The position numbers and the translations under genes were made by a program. From NCBI GenBank assembly GCA_000002445.1, contig CH464491.1, positions 3,840,001-3,904,000 on the forward strand: a stretch of DNA of 64,000 nt, written 5' to 3'. This stretch comes from Trypanosoma brucei. Taxonomy: Eukaryota. A model generated the notes under the pieces. That model saw only the letters and a program-made list of their open reading frames with translations. It had not been told where the DNA came from and made no database searches. Shown piece after piece: positions 52,802-63,928 of this stretch; position 1 is the first letter of the stretch, and each line of letters begins with the position of its first letter.

Positions 52802-53713
52802 GGTGATACCGAGATGCTTTGCTTTTCTTTGACCACGTTGCAGCTGCTCCAGAAAATTTTTCCTAGTTCCCTTTTGATAATCTCACTTGTTTCACTATTA
52901 CCTTTACAACTTTCGTTTTCGCCCTCTTTGACTTCTCCCTCACAACTCTTCCGAGATCCCAGTATTCTAGTTTGATATGATACGCTGCGTTGAGTTAAAC
53001 CTTTTCGCCAAGTGCCACTGCGGAAGGTGTGACAATGCGAAGGTCAGTGGGGTGTTGGAGAAAAAATGAAAAGGAGACGAATCATTTTGTAGCACATACA
53101 CAAAATAAATAGATAACATTAACGAAGCGTAGCAATACCACAGGACAACGAAAGATCCGACATAGAAGTGCCTACGACAAAGTAAGATCAGCTATAAGTT
53201 ACAGATATATCAAATACAAAAACAAATTTACATCTCACTTCTTCTGACTGCCACCAACACACCACAACCAGTAAACGAAACTTTACGGCAACGGATGGCA
53301 ATTACAAGAAGTTTGACACTTTTTAAAACTCCCTACCAATACATCGGTCATTTACAACCATCATTTCTATCATTGAAATACGCCGCACACTCAACCTACG
53401 AAGCTTACTAATTATACGAGTAAAGAAATCGGGGGGAAAAAGTGAGTGTACCGATTGCTACATTAATGAAGTGTGTACTGCTCAGAATAAACAACAAATT
53501 TATAACCTTCCGCGCAGTTGTTAAGATGAGCCCGGAGAGCTTTAAGGCAAGCAGCACAGGTGCATGTCACTGCAAGTTGCGTTCTCTATGCTTATATCTA
53601 TTTGGATTTATGTAAAAATTTGAAGGGGTTTTTTCCAAACACACGATCATTTCCCCAACACTCAAATCAGTGTGAAAACTTGGTTGAATAGGAAGGAAAA
53701 TAAATGACCTTTC

Positions 53714-55660
53714 TCACGCAGCGGCGGCGATATTAGTAAAATGAATGACGCCACATACCACTCCATTCACCTCAGACGCACCACGACACACAACACGCTC
53801 GCTATCTTCAACCGTAACCTCGGCCACACGTAGCTCAAATCGCGGCGTCGTTCGTCGGCACCACACTTCCTGGTTCACGACCATAACACCAGATGCGGCT
53901 GCTGGATCATCAAGGGCTTCCTCATTATGCTGATGCGTTACGAAGGCAAAACGCGGCCGTGTTGAGGGAAGGAACAACAAATGGGGCATCCACTCAACGG
54001 TAGAATCCTCCTCCCCGCATTTACTAAAGTTAGTAGGGTACACCAACTGGTCATCCTCCTCCTGTTTCACTCGCTTAGCCTCTTGCTTCGTATCGCCATC
54101 ACTATCCAAAGTATTCAAGACACTCGCTGCACTAAGTAGTCGAACTGCATCCCAAGTTAGAGCAGATGTGCTGATGTCCTCCTTGGGTAAACGTCCTTCT
54201 GGGTTAGGCGGAAGAAAGTCCAAACGAAGTGCCCCAATATGTTGTAGATCATGCTTCACCGCTGGAAATTCATAAAGTGGGGCATACAAACGACTTTGGA
54301 CGAGAGCTTCCACAACGCGACGGAGGCTTCCCGACTCCGTGGGCCATCGCTCTACCATCTTCTCTCGCATGTCACCGACAACATCGTCGTTGCACACGCC
54401 AATGTGAATGCCGTTTACAGCGATGCGGCATGGGTTCGAACGCACCCAAATGCTATCGGTACTCTCCAAGCTGTACATTGTGATAGGGATAGCCGGGATT
54501 TGCGTAACGTCATCTCTGTGTGGCACCAGAACCACCTTCATTCGATCCCGAGTGCGTGGGTTTTTGCTGGAAGCATAGTACTTCTCCATAGTCTCTTCTA
54601 TGGTATCCATGTACGAAGAAAGTAGCTCGTCGAACGTAAGTTGCAGCAACTTCAGTGAGTCCTTCTCGTACTCCTCGAATTCCCTTACAAGAGGCCCACC
54701 AATGATGAGGAGATCAGCGCCTCGGTGAAGAGCGTTGAGAGTTACACTGCTTAATATGTGGCCCGTCTCGCGCCGAGGGAACGGCCCACTACAGAAATGT
54801 ATGCGCGTAGGGATCGCGAAGTGTGACAACGCCGTGGGTATAGGCCTTTCGATTCCCCATGGGAACTGGGGACGTGAGGGAAGAATAAATCGACGAACAA
54901 GCACTGCAGTTAGCGCCCCCGACGAACTGCGCTTAAACGGCTCACCAACAATACCGACAACCATACCCGAATAAAGGCCCGTGAACTGCGGCGTTAAACG
55001 TGTGTAAAGAGATAACCTCGACACGGAGTGAGGGTTGTTCCTGTGATATGATGCGCCTTCCCCGCCACTTGCATCAGTTGCGCCTCCGGTTGCACCGCCA
55101 TCGTCATCATCCTCATTCTCTATTCGAAGGAAACCGCCAGTAGGAGCGACATCTTTTGTCATGGCCCGGATCGGAGCAGCGTACGTGTCATCATCATCAA
55201 CATTCACTATGGGGAAAAACTCCCATGGGAGAAGAAGTTCTTCCTCAGTTGCTAAGGGGCTGCAGAGTTGCGTCAGAATACCTCGGGCGCGATACAACGA
55301 CCCTTCGTTCGGCTTCTGCAACGAAGGAACGTCGTCCCTTTCCTCTTGTTTAATGTCGGTAGGATTTTCTTCTTCACCTTTCAATATCACTCCCCCACCA
55401 TCCGCCTCCCACAGGTTAATTTTTGAGAGCATGTAGCGATAGTAACCTGCTAAACGACGACGCGTGGTGTTGCTACCATAGTCCTGACGGTTACAATACA
55501 TTGTGTCCCTAAAATTAACGCTGTTCCGTGCATCCACAACACCCCCGTCGTTGATTTGCGACCCGGCGGTATAGTCCCTGACGATGCGAGCAGCCGGGTG
55601 GTGAATACCTAGCAACAAATCAAGGTTAGCAGCAGCCTTCCATCGCGTTGATTGTTGCAT
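53714..55660 (-). CDS. DNA polymerase alpha/epsilon subunit B family protein (likely Pol alpha B subunit), 648 aa
   Basis: The C-terminal calcineurin-like/PDE fold shows blocks HFCSGPF, LLIIGGPLV, VVLVPHRDDVTQIPAIP and CRIAVNGIHIGVCNDDVV typical of POLA2/POLE2. There is a D/G-rich insertion. The first ATG is 55660. The track start is a GTG. Confidence 0.55.
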   Translation of the reverse strand: MQQSTRWKAAANLDLLLGIHHPAARIVRDYTAGSQINDGGVVDARNSVNFRDTMYCNRQDYGSNTTRRRLAGYYRYMLSKINLWEADGGGVILKGEEENPTDIKQEERDDVPSLQKPNEGSLYRARGILTQLCSPLATEEELLLPWEFFPIVNVDDDDTYAAPIRAMTKDVAPTGGFLRIENEDDDDGGATGGATDASGGEGASYHRNNPHSVSRLSLYTRLTPQFTGLYSGMVVGIVGEPFKRSSSGALTAVLVRRFILPSRPQFPWGIERPIPTALSHFAIPTRIHFCSGPFPRRETGHILSSVTLNALHRGADLLIIGGPLVREFEEYEKDSLKLLQLTFDELLSSYMDTIEETMEKYYASSKNPRTRDRMKVVLVPHRDDVTQIPAIPITMYSLESTDSIWVRSNPCRIAVNGIHIGVCNDDVVGDMREKMVERWPTESGSLRRVVEALVQSRLYAPLYEFPAVKHDLQHIGALRLDFLPPNPEGRLPKEDISTSALTWDAVRLLSAASVLNTLDSDGDTKQEAKRVKQEEDDQLVYPTNFSKCGEEDSTVEWMPHLLFLPSTRPRFAFVTHQHNEEALDDPAAASGVMVVNQEVWCRRTTPRFELRVAEVTVEDSERVVCRGASEVNGVVCGVIHFTNIAAAA

Positions 55661-56192
55661 TATCTGTAGAAAATGATTGACAGTGTGAACCGAAATGTTT
55701 TTTATTTTACTTCCCACTTGTCGCTACAGCGACCTTAAACGCCTGTTTTCTCGAAGTTCACTCTTTTCACACGCTCAGTAAAGGGGGACAACTCCCTGCC
55801 ACTTGCCAGCGGTGAAACCTAAACCTGCTGTAGAGATATTAGCGGCACTTTAACACAGTTGGGAATGTCTTAAAAGAATGGGTTAGGGTTACAAATTAAG
55901 GAGGAGAAAGGAAGTCAAAGTGGAACAATATGTGCGAAAAAAACTGAGAACCAGAAGTGTTGCAAAATGCACATGAATGCTTGTGACTTTCCGCACGGAA
56001 TATTTTTTTTGGCAAAGGTGAACAGTAAACGTGACTTTCTCTTTCTTTTTTTAGTGTTTTGATGTTGAGGTTTTACCGGAATTAGGAAATAACACTCCCC
56101 CCTCCTGTTTTTCTTTTAGATGTTATCTTTCCCTCATAACCAAGAAAACTAACAACAACAAAGAAAGTAAAATTTTTTTGTTACTTTCGCCC

Positions 56193-57167
56193 CTATGCAG
56201 ATGCCGTAAATTCTTCAATAGCCGCGTCTAATGCCGCACTTGCGGCGCTGAATGAACGACTCCACGGTCCCGATGTCGCAACCGCCTGTCGTGTATAGAG
56301 ACCCGTAGAGTCTAATCCCTTTCCAGAGTGAGCTGAAATCACCGCCAAGTTAGCTGTTGTGTCCGAGTCACCAGACTTCATGGCCAATACATCAAGAAGG
56401 GTACGCTCCGCTTCGGTATATTCCCCTAGCTGTATCTGTGCAAGCGCTGTGAGATTGCTTGCGAGAACACTCTGACCGCATGACATCGTGAGTTCCTTGA
56501 ATCGTCGCAGGGCCGTTTGATAAGCTTCTTTTGTTTTGATACCCTCGTAAAGGTTCGTTATACCAGAGCACAACACCGTTAGCATAGATTCCTCATCCGC
56601 TTGCTCCATGGCCTTTACTTCGCTCCGCGCCATCTCTGTGCGTCCCATCCTCAGCAACGCCTCCACAACGATTACGCGTAGTTCCATATGTAACCTTAAC
56701 AAACTGTTTTCCCGTGAATGTCTCTGGTCGTTCAACCACTCCTTCGACAACTTAAGAGCGCCTGCATTGTCACCTACAGCGAGGAGAGCAGCGGCGGCAA
56801 GCACAGCAATTTGTGTCCGCGCAGGATCAATCACTTCAGCGGCTTCAGTTAGTTTCTTCAGCTGCATGCAAATGACTGGATCGGATTGAATATCTCCTGA
56901 TAGATTTTTCATAGCGGAGCAGAATACTGCCCACTCACGTACCGCCACCAATATTGGGCACGTTGCAGCCTTGAGTTGTGCAACCACAGCATCACCTTGA
57001 CCTAATCCCGTCTGAGCGAGTGCAAGCAATACTTCTTTCTCAGCGTGAAACGCAGCAATATCTTCGGCCTTGCGGGCATCTGTTTTCGTTCCGCTCGCTT
57101 CAGCTACGGCCTGATGATAATTTCCGAGGGCGAGAGCATTGCGTGCATCGTAAAATGGATCCGCCAT
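56193..57167 (-). CDS. COPE: coatomer subunit epsilon (324 aa)
   Basis: DPFYDARNALALGNYHQAVAEA versus human [20 protein letters not shown]. The C-terminal TPR-like block ...LASNLTALAQIQLGEYTEAERTLLDVLAMKSGDSDTTANLAVISAHSGK aligns with COPE ...[48 protein letters not shown]. ATG at 57167 (MADPFYD). Confidence 0.75.
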   Translation of the reverse strand: MADPFYDARNALALGNYHQAVAEASGTKTDARKAEDIAAFHAEKEVLLALAQTGLGQGDAVVAQLKAATCPILVAVREWAVFCSAMKNLSGDIQSDPVICMQLKKLTEAAEVIDPARTQIAVLAAAALLAVGDNAGALKLSKEWLNDQRHSRENSLLRLHMELRVIVVEALLRMGRTEMARSEVKAMEQADEESMLTVLCSGITNLYEGIKTKEAYQTALRRFKELTMSCGQSVLASNLTALAQIQLGEYTEAERTLLDVLAMKSGDSDTTANLAVISAHSGKGLDSTGLYTRQAVATSGPWSRSFSAASAALDAAIEEFTASA

Positions 57168-58106
57168 GAGCTGCGGTGCAATTCTAAACGTACACACGGT
57201 AACCACTCATTCAAGAGGGAAATAGGAAAAGAGATGTTGGCAACAGTAAAGGGGGTTCAACTCCAGATAAAATCCAAATCAGTACACGACATGCAGAAAA
57301 AAAAAGATGAAACTCAAATATCAAGCAAACGAGAAGACGTACACGCTAGTGTCCATCCACACTGCTACCTAGTGCCGAAACGGAACCACATGTGGTACGA
57401 TGGCGGCACCACGCACATAGATGGAAAGAAAAGCCCTCAAGTACAAAAAAAAAACACAAGCCCGCCAAACATTCAGCACTGCAAAGGACTGTATCACTGT
57501 TATTCTAAAATTCCTTTTGTTACCCGTCATTTCCTTCTCATTTCCTTGCGTATTGCCTCCCCCCCTAAAAAAGTCCGCGAATACATTGACCAACAAACCA
57601 CCAAATGAAGTCCCCACAAAAGGAATGTACTCACATCAAAAAAAAAAAGGCAAAAGTTCATCAAACGGGTCCTACAACTCCAGAAGCGCCACCAACGTTC
57701 TTGAGTAATCAAGTGCGTTACCTTCAATAGAGAGTGAAGAAACTGAAAGAAGAAAGGGTAAAAATAAACTGTTGACCAGCCCCAATTGATCCTGCGCCTT
57801 TCCTCACGGTGTATGTATGAGTGGCGTTGCACCACTTAGTTGAGTAGGGAGCCCTCCTCCACAAGGATTAGAAGTGATCTTATATCACCGAAGCGAAAAA
57901 GACGTCAAAAGGGAGACGCATCGCTCTTCTCGAGTCTGCTTGTGTGTCCAATGACGAAAAGAAAAAAATACACCCGGTTATGGCGGAAACACTAGGGCAG
58001 GCAATTGATAAGCACAACAGAAAAGTAACGAATAACGCGCGCATAAAAAATTAACAATGACAAATGAAAAGCCGAATATACGTGCATGCGCTTCAACGCA
58101 AATGTT

Positions 58107-58124
58107 ATATATATATATATATAT
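58107..58124. repeat. (AT)9 microsatellite
   Basis: Direct read. Confidence 0.9.
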
Positions 58125-58540
58125 GACCTTCAAACAGGAATCAGGGCAGCCATAGTCTCTTCTATCCTACTACCCGTTCATTAACGTGCCCTCGTTATTG
58201 AAGTATTGTTTATAGGGCGCGGTGCGTGGAAAGATGGAAAAAAACGTCAACCCTACCGTCCAACGTCAATTGTTGGTGAGGCTAAGACATACCCACATAC
58301 GTGTGCGTGTATTTGTTTATGTTTCGGTGGGAACCTTCCATCACACAACCCTCGCAAAGGCAAATGTTTGATTTTCTCTCATCCTTTCCAAACCCCACTG
58401 CCATCACAATGTCGGTAATTGCCACTTCTACCACTGTCTGCAGCCGTTAACTCCACAGACAAATTCACAACCGGGACACCTCTACCAGTCCGATTCTTCG
58501 TTCATCAGTTAGTGCTACAAGGCGAGGCTGGCGTGAGCCA

Positions 58541-58565
58541 GTGGTGGTGGTGGTGGTGGTGGTGT
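58541..58565. repeat. (GGT)8 trinucleotide repeat, intergenic
   Basis: Direct read. Confidence 0.9.
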
Positions 58566-59033
58566 TCCCCCGTGTCGCTTCCCTCTACCGTTTAGGGGCG
58601 TCACAATTATCAAACAAACTTTGGGGGAAGGGAAGATAGGGGTAAGGAGGAGGGTGAAGAAATACTTAATGACTTGTACCGTCGCAAGTCCCCTCCCCCC
58701 TCCGCCTCCACATCTCCGTGAATAAACGTGGGCAGAATGTGGGGAGTGTAAGTCCCAATTCGGAATTACGCTACATTACCTTCATTTCACCTATCTAACG
58801 TCGTCACAGCCCTCTCCCTGACAACCAAAGAAGGACAATAACGAGAGAGCGAACAGGAAGTAGTGACATGCCAACAACGACGCCTCTATTGCTCAACAGT
58901 CTGTGTACCCTCTCTTACTCATCTGCATCAACGATACTATATGTAAGTGCATCTTTCCCATTTATATCGCATCTCCGCCGCGCCCCCTAACGCTACAGAC
59001 ATCCACAATGCATCCGCATTCTCACACTTGGTT

Positions 59034-60323
59034 TCAACTCTCCTCCCCATCTTCTGCTACTAATAGTGAGTTAGTCTCTGTAACATTACTTCCAACTCGT
59101 CTGTTTTCCTCCCGGAAATCTCTACCGCCTCCGTCAGATGCAGGGCTCAGTAGAGGTAATTGTTCAGGGGACTCTGCTACGTCAGCAGCTGGGACATTAA
59201 ATTCCTCTTCTGGAGAAACAGGAGGCGATTGCTTAAATTTAACAATGACAACAGACATGTTGTCGCATCCAACACCAAAGGGATGGGGGGAAAGGCAGTG
59301 ATCCAGCAATTCCTCGGCTATTTTGTCCAAGGGGACCTGACGCTGGATGCGGAGACGCACAAACCGCACCACTTGTTCGTTGCTCAACACATCCCATATC
59401 CCATCGCAAGCGACAACCGCGAATTCATCGCGTGTGCGGTCCAAAAGAGTGCGATGAACCTCCGGAGCACTCGTAACAGCCTGTTGATCCCACGGCACCA
59501 GAGTATTTGACTTGAAACTGAAGTCACCGATAGCCCTGCTAAGAGCCAACGCTCCATTCACACGGCGGTTCCACACATAGCCGCCAGCACGTTCAATGCG
59601 GGTCTGTTCCGTAGGAAGAAAGGGCTTGTGGTCTGTGCTGAGAGGCACCGGTTCCCCATCGCTACAGAGTACCGATCGGCTGTCCCCAGCATTGCCGCAG
59701 TAGAGATTGTCACCCTTAACAAAGAGAACAACCGCTGTACAACCACTCTTTTCATCCTTAAAATTTGAATAGATGTGCTTATCTATGGTCATAAATCCGT
59801 CGTAGATAGCCCTAGAGTAGTTTCCATTTTTATATGCCTCAGTTTGCGATATGAACCCGAATATATTGCCACCACAAAACTTCGCCACATTCGCCCCACT
59901 GTGGCCGTCAAACACACCGAAAAAGCCACCGTCACAGGTCAGGAGAGTAACATGATCATCCTCCATAGCCCGACGCCAGCCCTGCATGCAGCTAAACCCG
60001 AAGGAAACCCACGCATTCTCTCCACAATCTGAGAATTTCTGATTACTAGGATGCTGCATCAAGTCCGCACGACGTAGCATATTATTATAATTTGCCTCAT
60101 TAGCGTTGACGACCACGAGGTTCAGTGCATGTCGCAGTAAGTTAAACGAGCCGAACAAGAACAGCGCCAGGGTAATTATAACTGTGATGGGCCCCATTTT
60201 GGTCCCGACCAAATAACTAGCGACTATTGAAACAGCAAACGCCGCAAAAGCGCGAGCGATAGACGCTCTTGGCACGACGCAAGGACGTACGGGCGGCTGC
60301 CGGGGAGGCATCGCGCCTTTCAT
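59034..60323 (-). CDS. PP2C-family Ser/Thr phosphatase with N-terminal double transmembrane anchor (429 aa)
   Basis: FFGVFDGHSGANVAKF, GNAGDSRSVL and VACDGIWDVLSNEQ are PP2C motifs. Two hydrophobic helices sit in the first 70 aa. The first ATG is 60323. The track start is a GTG. Confidence 0.8.
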   Translation of the reverse strand: MKGAMPPRQPPVRPCVVPRASIARAFAAFAVSIVASYLVGTKMGPITVIITLALFLFGSFNLLRHALNLVVVNANEANYNNMLRRADLMQHPSNQKFSDCGENAWVSFGFSCMQGWRRAMEDDHVTLLTCDGGFFGVFDGHSGANVAKFCGGNIFGFISQTEAYKNGNYSRAIYDGFMTIDKHIYSNFKDEKSGCTAVVLFVKGDNLYCGNAGDSRSVLCSDGEPVPLSTDHKPFLPTEQTRIERAGGYVWNRRVNGALALSRAIGDFSFKSNTLVPWDQQAVTSAPEVHRTLLDRTRDEFAVVACDGIWDVLSNEQVVRFVRLRIQRQVPLDKIAEELLDHCLSPHPFGVGCDNMSVVIVKFKQSPPVSPEEEFNVPAADVAESPEQLPLLSPASDGGGRDFREENRRVGSNVTETNSLLVAEDGEES

Positions 60324-61351
60324 ACTACTACTTAAACTAACCACCGTTTAATCCACTGATGAGTACGTACGAATTGTAAGTGAAAAGGGGGAACAGCCGG
60401 TGGGTGAGTTTTTTTATTTAAAAAATCACAACGGCGGATTGTGAGGAGTCTAAGAGACGAAAAGAAGAAGTTAACCAGTAGAGTCAATTGCATTACTTTA
60501 TTCACGTAAACCACTCACTTCGCCACTTGTTGTTGCAGCCAATTGTTCTCGTCCTGTTCGAAATTCGTTACGTTGTTCAAACCAACCTTCACGTTTTTCA
60601 AGCGCATCTACCTGCTCATTGATGCACACATCATGTACTGTATAGCATAATTCTTGAATAACGTTGCAAGGCATGACACAGCACGAAAATGACATATACA
60701 GCAAACAAAAAAAGTGGAAACTGGAGCCAATAAAGTTAACACCGCAAGGGGGGGGGAGCAATAAACATTATGAGGAAATAATGAGTAACACAACTCCTCC
60801 ACGACATTGAGCCACGTGGGCAACTGAATCACGTCACACGAGCACAAACACTCAGTGGTGAGTACATATGCTCAAGAAACCACGGACATAGAAAAGTAAG
60901 GGCCCACATATCGATCCACCCTTCAAGCCTGGTCTGCCTACTGAATAGTTGCGAAAACAGAGGATGGATTTTAAAAAAAAATGATTACAAAACGAACAAG
61001 GAAACAAACAATCATATACATAAGCGAAAATAGGCACACACGTACGAATCTAAATGTGTAGTCTCATAGGGGCTTGACGAACTAGGATACCTTATACAAA
61101 CATCAAGGTCTCCGGAAATGCAGTAATGTGAACGCGGAACCTTCTCACGACAGAGTGAAAAAAGAAAACGTACCTTCGCAAAGGATGATGCTGGATAAAA
61201 AATATGAGACCTCACTTCATGCCGAATATGTACCTGAGAAAAAGCACACACTCACAACGTTCACATTATTAAACACTGTGCGGAATAACACATAATGGTG
61301 CGAGTGGGATAGATGAGAGTCACTATCAAGCATGCCACTACATCGTCGGCG

Positions 61352-63928
61352 TCACCCTGAGCACTCATCGACATCGACAGAAACTGATGAAGCGCTATAC
61401 CTTCCGGAGGTGCGGGAAATCGTGTCTGCATCGCACGCCGACTGTGTTCTAGTATCGTCTCCATATGTTGCTAGCAACTGCCCACTGTTATTTGTATCTG
61501 CTTGTTCCCCCTCGTCATCGGCTTTTGGTGGGTCAACTGAGGTATTGCCCACGTAGCAGCAGTAGTTCTCAATGGGAAGCTGGTGAAGTTGGTGTGAGGG
61601 GCCAACCGCATGGGGTAGGGTCTCGTACACAAATGCACCAAAGCGATGCGAGCGCGTCCCCAACCCTGATTCGGACTCCTGGTAACAATCAGATGATTGC
61701 TCAGAGAACTGCCCGGCGGTGGGACATGCTTCTTCCGTTTGCTCGTCGGGCTCTTGACGGTCAACATTTTCGCAGTCCAAATAACTCCTCTCTTCGCCAG
61801 CTGATTTTCCATCAGTATTTACCATCCCTTCCCCATCAGTTCCCTTAGTTCTGTTGCTGGTGCTGTGGTACCGGCAGGCGGTCGCGTTCTCACTCCCAAG
61901 GGACACAGCAGAGAGTTGATGCAAATTGACGGCTGATGACCCCAGAGACGTGGAGAAGGAATCTACGAGATACTTCACAATGTCGGTGATGACTTGTTCG
62001 TTGTCGATCAAGGAAACTAGCGGTAAAGGGTGGCGTCGACTATCATAGACCAAGTTTTTCTGCTTCGCGGGTCGGCAAGCCTTAAGGCATTCCGCTTTGG
62101 CCAATACTTCCTCGGCTATAACGGAAACGAGTAACCTGTCGACTAAGGGAACCTCATTGACATCTACTAAGGCATTCTGCATGGTGACATCGTCAAGGGC
62201 GGTTTCCAAATCGGGAAGAAATTTCAAGAGGAGATCCGTAATGTACGTATGACCACGCTCATGGTACCATAGAAGCGCTGAAACAAACGAAAGAAGTTTA
62301 CTCCACATCGGGAAGGGTGTGTGGTGCGACCGGAACAGTGACATAAACGGGAGTACAACGAGAATCTCAAAGTATTGTTGGAAAGAGAGAACGTTGTCCT
62401 CACACAAACAGCACCTATCATCTGCCGTATCCGTGCAACTGTGAAGGGAACAAACGTCAATGTCGTCCAGTCCCGGGCCAGAAAACGATCTTCCGGGATG
62501 AACACCATTCTGCTTACTCAAATCCACACGGCTAAGAAGCATTTCAACCGAGGGAACGTTGAATACCTCCGAGCACACTCGAAACAGTTCATCCAGCACA
62601 TATTTCATCCGCAACGACAAATTCTTCAGCGAACTACCAGAACCACCCGAAAACACCACTAACGACTGCTTCCACGTCTCGCCAAACAGTCCTAGACAAT
62701 CCCAGAGGGAATACACTGGTGGGCCACCAAGGTCGGCGTTGCTCCTCACAAGGTTCGTCGTGCTGTTCTCTCTGCTTTTCGATTCTTCTACGTGCAGTGT
62801 CTTGAGGACCTCCGGACTGAACCCAGCCAAATTAAGGGACACCCAGTCACATAGGAGAACCAGCTCGGAGAAGGCCAGCAGTGCCGCACTACCACTATTA
62901 TCCTGACTGAATTCACTTAAATACTTCAGCACTACAGCGGTGTTGTGCTTATAGTTACGCCCTATGGTACTGCGCAGTTCATCGTTATCCCTCTTTTGCT
63001 TTGCCGTAAGCCTTCCCTGCTGGAGGAGCACAAGTTGCACAGCTGCGCACTCCGGTAGGACGGTTAATTGGAAGGTACCCGACGAGCAGGGAGGAGGTTT
63101 GGGTATTACGTTAAGAAATTTCAAGCATCCATGTCTGTGGAAAACCGTCAGCAAGTCACATACCGAGGACCAAGCATCAGAAGCGAACAAGAGTGCGAAA
63201 CCAGCCCAGAAACATGAAACAAGGTAACTGCTTGGGAACGAGCTATTGCTTCCAAACGGGGTCGCAATTGCCAAAACCTCAGGCTTCGTTCTGTCCATCC
63301 CCTGCTTCTGAGATTCCGAGGAATAGAGAATCTCATGGATCGTTATGTCGCGCAGCAGGCACGCCAGCGTTGTTATGACAGGAATGCACGGGACATACCT
63401 TTTGTTCGTCACTATATGCTGAGGATTAGCACCCGACTGGACGGTGCTGTTCGCCCCCACACGATCCGACAAAACTGCGAGTAGGTGACGCAACAGGTTC
63501 GCTTCTGCCAGCTGCATTGACATCTTTTCCACCCACAGATGTCGGCTGCCGCAGCCGACAAGAAGGTTCTCGGTTGAGAGGGAGAGACACGTGGAGATGC
63601 TCCGAATTACCTTCATGCAGAGAAGCGAAATATGTGAATGAACTTGGTGCCTCCGTTGCCACGCCCTGTTTTCCATCATAAAACCCTGTGTCAGCCATTT
63701 CGATGAATCATGGAGGCAACGCTGAAGAAACCGTCGTCCGAACACATTTCGACCGTGCCCTGTAATTCCCATGAAAAGCTCAGCGAAAACAATATCCACG
63801 GTGGAAGAGGGGGAATGAGCATGGTTCTCATTTAATTTTGAATCGCCAAAGACCAGCGACTCTTCCAGTAGCAACGTATCCCAACATTCCCATATCTGCT
63901 GCATTTCATTCCCTTTCTGCGCCATCAT
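61352..63928 (-). CDS. large conserved hypothetical protein (~858 aa)
   Basis: Long minus-strand ORF. The track start at 63967 is a TTG. The first ATGs are tandem Met-Met at about 63928. No domain recognised. Coordinates are ±2 because of the line-numbering irregularity near the window end. Confidence 0.5.
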   Translation of the reverse strand: MMAQKGNEMQQIWECWDTLLLEESLVFGDSKLNENHAHSPSSTVDIVFAELFMGITGHGRNVFGRRFLQRCLHDSSKWLTQGFMMENRAWQRRHQVHSHISLLCMKVIRSISTCLSLSTENLLVGCGSRHLWVEKMSMQLAEANLLRHLLAVLSDRVGANSTVQSGANPQHIVTNKRYVPCIPVITTLACLLRDITIHEILYSSESQKQGMDRTKPEVLAIATPFGSNSSFPSSYLVSCFWAGFALLFASDAWSSVCDLLTVFHRHGCLKFLNVIPKPPPCSSGTFQLTVLPECAAVQLVLLQQGRLTAKQKRDNDELRSTIGRNYKHNTAVVLKYLSEFSQDNSGSAALLAFSELVLLCDWVSLNLAGFSPEVLKTLHVEESKSRENSTTNLVRSNADLGGPPVYSLWDCLGLFGETWKQSLVVFSGGSGSSLKNLSLRMKYVLDELFRVCSEVFNVPSVEMLLSRVDLSKQNGVHPGRSFSGPGLDDIDVCSLHSCTDTADDRCCLCEDNVLSFQQYFEILVVLPFMSLFRSHHTPFPMWSKLLSFVSALLWYHERGHTYITDLLLKFLPDLETALDDVTMQNALVDVNEVPLVDRLLVSVIAEEVLAKAECLKACRPAKQKNLVYDSRRHPLPLVSLIDNEQVITDIVKYLVDSFSTSLGSSAVNLHQLSAVSLGSENATACRYHSTSNRTKGTDGEGMVNTDGKSAGEERSYLDCENVDRQEPDEQTEEACPTAGQFSEQSSDCYQESESGLGTRSHRFGAFVYETLPHAVGPSHQLHQLPIENYCCYVGNTSVDPPKADDEGEQADTNNSGQLLATYGDDTRTQSACDADTISRTSGRYSASSVSVDVDECSG

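Noticed and set aside
54425-54440. tRNA-like B-box (GGGTTCGAACGC)
   Set aside because: It sits inside the Pol-alpha-B coding sequence with no A-box, acceptor stem or anticodon arm around it; chance match.
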